Made by a program: the position numbers and the translations under genes. This document shows positions 27,683-32,000 of a stretch of DNA of 32,000 nt, piece by piece (position 1 is the first letter of the stretch; every line of letters starts with the position of its first letter). The stretch is taken from assembly GCF_000025945.1 (NCBI RefSeq), contig NC_006138.1, forward strand, positions 1,980,001-2,012,000. The letters are read 5' to 3'. The notes beneath the pieces are model-generated. The model saw only the letters and a program-made list of their open reading frames with translations, did no database searches and was not told where the DNA came from. Origin of the DNA: Desulfotalea psychrophila LSv54. Lineage in GTDB: Bacteria > Desulfobacterota > Desulfobulbia > Desulfobulbales > Desulfocapsaceae.

Positions 27683-28771
27683 ATGAAGGCTACAGCTAGA
27701 AAATTAGGCATTCTTGATCGTTATCTAACCATTTGGATATTTTTAGTAATGTTTATAGGGGTGGTGGCGGGTTACCTCTATCCTTCTGTTCAGGGTATTA
27801 TTAACTCCTTTCAGGTTGGCACCACCAATATACCCATTGCCGTGGGGCTGGTAATGATGATGTATCCACCCTTGGCCAAGGTGAAATACGAAGAGCTAGG
27901 ACATGTATTTAAAAATACAAAGGTCCTTCTTCTCTCTTTGGTACAAAACTGGATTATCGGCCCGATTCTGATGTTCCTGTTGGCCATAAGTTTTCTCTCC
28001 GGCCATCATGAGTATATGGTAGGCCTTATCCTCATTGGTCTTGCCCGTTGTATTGCCATGGTCATCGTCTGGAATGATCTCGCCGGTGGTGATACTGAAT
28101 ACTGTGCGGGCTTGGTGGCGTTTAATTCAATCTTTCAGGTGCTCTTCTTCTCGCTCTATGCCTGGCTGTTCATCACTGTTGTTCCGGGATGGTTTGGCCT
28201 TGCCGGGGCCGTGGTCGATGTCTCAATCATGGAAATTGCTCAGTCGGTATTTATCTACTTGGGCCTGCCGTTTTTGGCCGGTATGCTTAGCCGTTATATT
28301 GGTATCAAAACAAGGGGAAAGGAGTGGTATGAAGAGGTTTTTATACCAAGAATTAGTCCCCTGACTCTCATTTTTCTTCTCTTCACAATTCTTATAATGT
28401 TTTCTCTCAAGGGAGAGTATATCGTTCAACTCCCCCTTGACGTCCTTCGCATCGCCCTGCCCCTGATCATATATTTTCTGGTCATGTTCTTGATCTCATT
28501 TTTTCTGTCGATGAAGGTGGGCGCCTCCTATGAACAGGCAGCTACCCTGAGCTTTACGGCGGCCTCCAATAACTTTGAGTTGGCAATTGCCGTCTCAATC
28601 GCCGTCTTTGGTATCAATTCCGGGGTGGCCTTTGCCGCTGTTATCGGCCCGCTGGTGGAGGTGCCTGTTTTAATTCTTCTGGTAGGCGTGGCCCTGCGCT
28701 TTAGAGAAAGGTATTTCCCCTGTGAGGAGAAGACCCTGCAGGGGGTCTGTCATGTCCGGGTGAAGAAGTAG
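27683..28771 (+). CDS. acr3: ACR3-family arsenite efflux transporter
   Basis: [24 protein letters not shown]...[24 protein letters not shown] and 10 TM segments are typical of ACR3. Confidence 0.9.
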   Translation: MKATARKLGILDRYLTIWIFLVMFIGVVAGYLYPSVQGIINSFQVGTTNIPIAVGLVMMMYPPLAKVKYEELGHVFKNTKVLLLSLVQNWIIGPILMFLLAISFLSGHHEYMVGLILIGLARCIAMVIVWNDLAGGDTEYCAGLVAFNSIFQVLFFSLYAWLFITVVPGWFGLAGAVVDVSIMEIAQSVFIYLGLPFLAGMLSRYIGIKTRGKEWYEEVFIPRISPLTLIFLLFTILIMFSLKGEYIVQLPLDVLRIALPLIIYFLVMFLISFFLSMKVGASYEQAATLSFTAASNNFELAIAVSIAVFGINSGVAFAAVIGPLVEVPVLILLVGVALRFRERYFPCEEKTLQGVCHVRVKK

Positions 28772-28872
28772 GCCTTTCAGGCTGCGATTCTTGGTGGAGA
28801 GGAGATGCGTTAAACACGGGGGCAAAATTTTTGAACAGGGGGCAGAGCGGAGAGGTGAAGGGCAGGAGGGAA

Positions 28873-28917
28873 AAAGGTAAAGCCCGTCAGAGAAGAACTG
28901 TGACGGGCTTTACCTTT
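28873..28917. terminator. Bidirectional terminator hairpin between convergent acr3 and the small basic-protein gene
   Basis: Perfect 17-bp stem AAAGGTAAAGCCCGTCA/TGACGGGCTTTACCTTT with an 11-nt loop. The tail is U5 on the minus strand and U3 on the plus strand. Confidence 0.65.
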
Positions 28918-28973
28918 CAAAATGGTGCCGGGGATCAACGTCGCTTTTTGCGTTCTGTGGCAAAAGCCCTGAA

Positions 28974-29267
28974 TTACTTAGTGGGCTTTTTGCTTCGATG
29001 TCCCGGTTTGGCCAGAATTTCCAAATAAAAGGATTCGAGCTGTTTCTCTTCGGCCTGAGAAATATATTTATTAATCTCGGATAGATGAATAGCCTCGCTG
29101 CTTGTTTGGTCAAGGCCGAAGCGACATTCGAAATCCCAAAAATCGACATTCCCGGGTAGAGTCTTTCCGCGTTCTCTTTTTATATATTTTTTAACTTCAT
29201 GTTTGATTGCTTCAACAAGCCTTGGGACTTTGATCTTTGGATGGGTCAGTTTAAACGTTTTTTTCAT
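28974..29267 (-). CDS. Small lysine-rich hypothetical protein (DUF6172-like, recalled)
   Basis: MKKTFKLTHPKIKVPRLVEAIKHEVKKYIKRERGKTLPGNVDFWDFECRFG. Start taken at ATG 29267; the track start at 29324 adds 19 non-conserved-looking residues. Confidence 0.6.
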   Translation of the reverse strand: MKKTFKLTHPKIKVPRLVEAIKHEVKKYIKRERGKTLPGNVDFWDFECRFGLDQTSSEAIHLSEINKYISQAEEKQLESFYLEILAKPGHRSKKPTK

Positions 29268-29430
29268 AGTGATTCCATAGGGTGTGACTGGCGTTATTAG
29301 AGAGTAAACTTCAATTAATGACATGATATCATCAAGGAGCGGTTTTCCAAATTGTTTCTTATAGAGATGGTTTGATCACCGCTGGAGTATGGGGTGCGAC
29401 AGGCGAGAAGGCTTTAACCGTGGTGAACAA

Positions 29431-29469
29431 ACAAAAAAAGCCCTTAACTCAAAGAAGAGTTAAGGGCTT
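29431..29469 (-). terminator. Rho-independent terminator of tRNA-Phe
   Basis: 13-bp stem AAGCCCTTAACTC/GAGTTAAGGGCTT with a 6-nt loop, followed on the minus strand by UUUUUUUGU. It lies 20 nt after the CCA end. Confidence 0.75.
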
Positions 29470-29488
29470 AGTGTCTTTTACCAATGAA

Positions 29489-29564
<76 letters not shown>

Positions 29565-29583
29565 ACCTCATTGCGTGAAGCGA

Positions 29584-29612
29584 TATTTACACAATTAAAA
29601 CAGAGGCGTCAA
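29584..29612 (-). promoter_or_regulatory. Sigma-70-type promoter of tRNA-Phe (TTGACG-17 nt-TAAATA)
   Basis: On the minus strand TTGACG is at 29612-29607 and TAAATA at 29589-29584, about 20 nt upstream of the mature 5' end. Confidence 0.55.
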
Positions 29613-29818
29613 GCCTAAAATGCCCCTGTCTCTTTTTTAAAGTTAAAGAGGCAGAGTGCCCATTGCTAGAGGAGGGGCAGGGCTGTCCATTTTGAGGAGG
29701 CCAAAATGTTTGCCCCTGTTTAATAATTTGTACCCTTTTGGAGCTGTTTTTTTAGTGGAAAAGCAGGTGCGCTCAGCTAAGTGGCTGATTATCTGGCAAA
29801 GACGTTTTGGCATATTTC

Positions 29819-29834
29819 TGGCACGGTACATGCA
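29819..29834 (+). promoter_or_regulatory. Sigma-54 (-24/-12) promoter candidate with no downstream plus-strand CDS
   Basis: TGGCACGgtacATGCA compared with consensus TGGCACG-N4-TTGCW. GG is at 29820-21 and GC at 29832-33, which is the correct 12-nt register. Confidence 0.45.
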
Positions 29835-29844
29835 ATAATATAGA

Positions 29845-29909
29845 CAGTAGTACTTCTCTCTCTCTCCTTGAAAAGCTGTTCTCGCCATGCGGGAGCGGCT
29901 TTTTTTTTT
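29845..29909 (+). ncRNA. Candidate ~65-nt CU-rich small RNA (sigma-54 promoter to hairpin+T10 terminator)
   Basis: The predicted +1 is near 29845. The transcript would read ...CAGUAGUACUUCUCUCUCUCUCCUUGAAAAGCUGUUCUCGCCAUGCGGGAGCGGCUUUUUUUUUU. The hairpin GCUGUUCUCG/CGGGAGCGGC has 10 bp including 3 G-U pairs, so it is stable only in the plus-strand RNA. It is followed by a T10 run. Confidence 0.35.
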
Positions 29910-29924
29910 ATCCATTCGCTTCAC

Positions 29925-30662
29925 CTATCTCCGTAGGGCCGCCTTACTGAAAAGGTGCTCCGGAATGGGCCTGTCAAACTCTATGGAGTCCATGATAAAC
30001 TCCGTTCCCCCTCCGGTTTTGAGGACATCCTTGAAACGTATGAGCATGGGGAACCAACGCTCGCCTATCTGCTTGAAGTCTTTAAACTCTGTTTTTTTAA
30101 GGAGTTTGCCGCTTTTTGCGTAGAGCTCTTCCCTGAGTGGTACGGAGAGTTCTTGGTCAACCCATATCAGACGTGAATGGTAGGCCACGTCACTTCTTTT
30201 TGCCAGCAGGCTAAGCAACCAGCATGGGCGCTCGGCGATGATCTCCGTTCCTTTTACTTCTGCCTGGTAGATTTCGGACAGGCGCGGATTCTCCATCATA
30301 TCTTCGTAGGAGAGGTCTGAACCCATCAGGGACTGTCTGAGCATATGGCCAGAAATTTGTATCGTCCTGTCGGTGGTTGGCGAATACATCCAGAGCCGAT
30401 CCTCAAGCTTTAACATCTTTGTTCCCCGTTCCCGGGCGGGGGCGAGATATTCAGTATAGGAGCGCTTATCTCTCTGGGACCAGGATTTTGATTTCACCGT
30501 TCGGGTACCACGTCTGCTATGGATGATCATCCTGGAGACGATAATCTGGGTATCGGAGGTCATGTTCTTATCCACCCTCTCCAGTACCTCCAGGCCACTT
30601 GGCAGGGCCGCATATGAGCTTGTGCTGATAAAGAAAAGGGCAATAATGATAAATGTTTTCAT
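29925..30662 (-). CDS. LolA-like outer-membrane lipoprotein-sorting protein family (periplasmic)
   Basis: Signal peptide MKTFIIIALFFISTSSYA. The size and the ATGA overlap with the upstream FtsX-type permease are as in MacB-like/LolA_like (PF17131-type) modules. Confidence 0.75.
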   Translation of the reverse strand: MKTFIIIALFFISTSSYAALPSGLEVLERVDKNMTSDTQIIVSRMIIHSRRGTRTVKSKSWSQRDKRSYTEYLAPARERGTKMLKLEDRLWMYSPTTDRTIQISGHMLRQSLMGSDLSYEDMMENPRLSEIYQAEVKGTEIIAERPCWLLSLLAKRSDVAYHSRLIWVDQELSVPLREELYAKSGKLLKKTEFKDFKQIGERWFPMLIRFKDVLKTGGGTEFIMDSIEFDRPIPEHLFSKAALRR

Positions 30663-31933
30663 GTTTCCAACTCCTTAAACAGTTGGGCTGTCTGCCGCTT
30701 GTAGATACCTATCCCGGATAGGGCTGCGCCCAGAAGGGTTGAGGCTATTCCGGGAATAAAACCGATATAGTAGGTGCGGTAGCTGATCTCTGCCCGGATG
30801 ATATTTGATATCATCATGCTTGAATTCTTGGTCATGGAGCCAATATCCAGACCGTAGGCTTGAAAATACCAGGCTATCAGGAGGCCGAGTAGGGTGCCTA
30901 TGATAGAGCCAATGACTCCGATAATCAGAGCTTCAATGATGATTGAAGCATAGACATGGTGTTTGTTTTCTCCGATTGCCAGCCGTAATCCCATCTCTCC
31001 ATAACGACGCAGGCCACCTATCAGCCCGACATTCCAGAGAACAATGGACATGGCCATGATAAAGACAGCCGAGGCAATGAGGGAGATGTAGTTGGCCAGA
31101 TCTAAGTATTCCCCCAGGCCATCCTGATTTCGCAGGGCAAACATGACCGGCGCATATTCATCATCACTGGTGGCGAAGCCCTCATTAAAGGTCTCTGCAA
31201 TCCGTAGGGCCTCTGAATCATGATAGATACCATCCCTGAAGTAACCGAGGAGCTCCCCCGCGGCATCATCCATATCCAGGGCATGCTGAATGTCAGCGAT
31301 ATCTACCAGCAAGGCCCCTCTGTCCATGGCATTGACCCCAAACTTAATGGTGCCGGCAATGACGAAGTTCTGCATGCTCATGCTGCCATACATGGTTGAG
31401 CTTAACAGGGTCACCGTCTCGCCCGGATGAGCCTTTAACTTCGTGGCAAATTTATCGCCGAGGAGTATTTCTCCTGGACTAAGTGGGAAGCGCCCGCGGA
31501 CAATTGCCTCCCTTATATTAAGGGTGGCAATTTCAGTACTCTCAGGGGAGAGGAGATCGACGGCAAGGCCCATGGCCGGCCCCTGACTACTTGTCTCCCC
31601 CCGGGCATCCGGCACATCCACCAGACCACCAAAACGAATGCGCTTAACCCAGTTTAATTCGCCTTGGCTGGCCCGCAGCTCTTGCAGAAGATTATCGGCT
31701 CCCAGCAGTGCCAGATCATTGGGTATTTGAGATTTGTTTTTTGCATAGGCCCGGCTCATGATTTTGACATGGCCGGTGGAAAATTTGGCGTTTGAGCGGG
31801 CAATGTCTCCCATCTCCCCCTGCATCCATGCCTGGAGAAAGACGGTGAGCATTACACCGATGCTGACGGTGATAATTGGAAACAAACTTCGTGAACGGTC
31901 ACGGAGCAGTCCCTTGAGGAGGAAGGGTATCAT
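30659..31933 (-). CDS. ABC transporter permease, FtsX/MacB type (periplasmic core domain + FtsX 4-TM)
   Basis: MIPFLLKGLLRDRSRSLFPIITVSIGVML start, a large extracytoplasmic domain between TM1 and TM2, and a C-terminal FtsX region (LRLAIGENKHHVYASIIIEALIIGVIGSIIG). Confidence 0.88.
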   Translation of the reverse strand: MIPFLLKGLLRDRSRSLFPIITVSIGVMLTVFLQAWMQGEMGDIARSNAKFSTGHVKIMSRAYAKNKSQIPNDLALLGADNLLQELRASQGELNWVKRIRFGGLVDVPDARGETSSQGPAMGLAVDLLSPESTEIATLNIREAIVRGRFPLSPGEILLGDKFATKLKAHPGETVTLLSSTMYGSMSMQNFVIAGTIKFGVNAMDRGALLVDIADIQHALDMDDAAGELLGYFRDGIYHDSEALRIAETFNEGFATSDDEYAPVMFALRNQDGLGEYLDLANYISLIASAVFIMAMSIVLWNVGLIGGLRRYGEMGLRLAIGENKHHVYASIIIEALIIGVIGSIIGTLLGLLIAWYFQAYGLDIGSMTKNSSMMISNIIRAEISYRTYYIGFIPGIASTLLGAALSGIGIYKRQTAQLFKELET

Positions 31934-32000
31934 GGTAGTTTCCCCTTGATGGCATCGGTGGCGCTGAGATGGGAAATTTTGCGGGCTGGAATAAAGCTGA
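31930..32000 (-). CDS. C-terminal end of another FtsX-type ABC permease (3' fragment; the gene continues beyond the window)
   Basis: The reverse frame reads ...SFIPARKISHLSATDAIKGKLP*, the typical P-A-x-K-A-x-x-L-x-P-x-x-A-I-R/K FtsX tail. Its TGA overlaps the next ATG (ATGA). Confidence 0.6.
   Translation of the reverse strand, partial: SFIPARKISHLSATDAIKGKLP

Noticed and set aside
27455-28771. Possible arsenic-resistance island around acr3, including the small ORFs in 27455-27711 (86 aa on the minus strand, about 43 aa on the plus strand).
   Set aside because: No arsR, arsC, arsA or arsD genes and no mobility genes are adjacent. The small ORFs lack an RBS and have implausible composition. 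This is a single stand-alone transporter gene.
29643-29924. A 93-aa minus-strand ORF (GTG start directly after the LolA-like stop) is basic and Cys-containing.
   Set aside because: It would have to be translated through the A10 run and hairpin. It has no RBS and an odd composition. The region is better explained by the terminator, the sigma-54 element and the tRNA promoter. It is not fully excluded.

Overview
Gene-dense chromosomal window with about 30 CDS, one tRNA-Phe and no rRNA, CRISPR array, transposase, integrase, phage gene or recognisable defence gene. Gene content suggests an anaerobic Desulfobacterota-type bacterium; this is inference only. GC looks mid-40s percent by eye and was not computed.

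Layout:
- 1-5085 (+): a tightly coupled five-gene operon of unknown function. It holds two paralogous OPT-like polytopic membrane proteins, a secreted protein, a 290-aa orphan and a PqqD/RRE-like protein.
- 5097-12426: housekeeping genes. These are a family-4-like UDG, an FmdB-type zinc-ribbon gene broken by an in-frame TAA, ftsB, a DUF523/TudS-like gene, tatC, serS, an MscS-family channel and mobB.
- 12698-19870 (-): a periplasmic, Tat-exported, selenocysteine formate dehydrogenase operon. Gene order is polyferredoxin, TorD-like chaperone, small Tat-target protein, fdhA (UGA=Sec at 16487-16489), fdhB and a cytochrome b gamma subunit, ending in a clean intrinsic terminator.
- 20031-24299 (-): an orphan LivK-type binding protein, a dCache/GAF HisKA_3 kinase and a NarL-type regulator.
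- 24354-29267: a CPA2/Kef antiporter, fdhD, an ACR3 arsenite carrier and a small basic protein.
- 29489-32000 (-): tRNA-Phe(GAA) with its own promoter and terminator, then a LolA-like protein and FtsX/MacB-type ABC permeases.

The two most unusual items are the unexplained membrane/PqqD operon at the left end and an orphan sigma-54-type promoter at 29819-29834. That promoter is followed about 65 nt later by a strand-specific hairpin plus T10 terminator, which delimits a candidate CU-rich small RNA. All family assignments come from motif recognition by eye; no searches were run.
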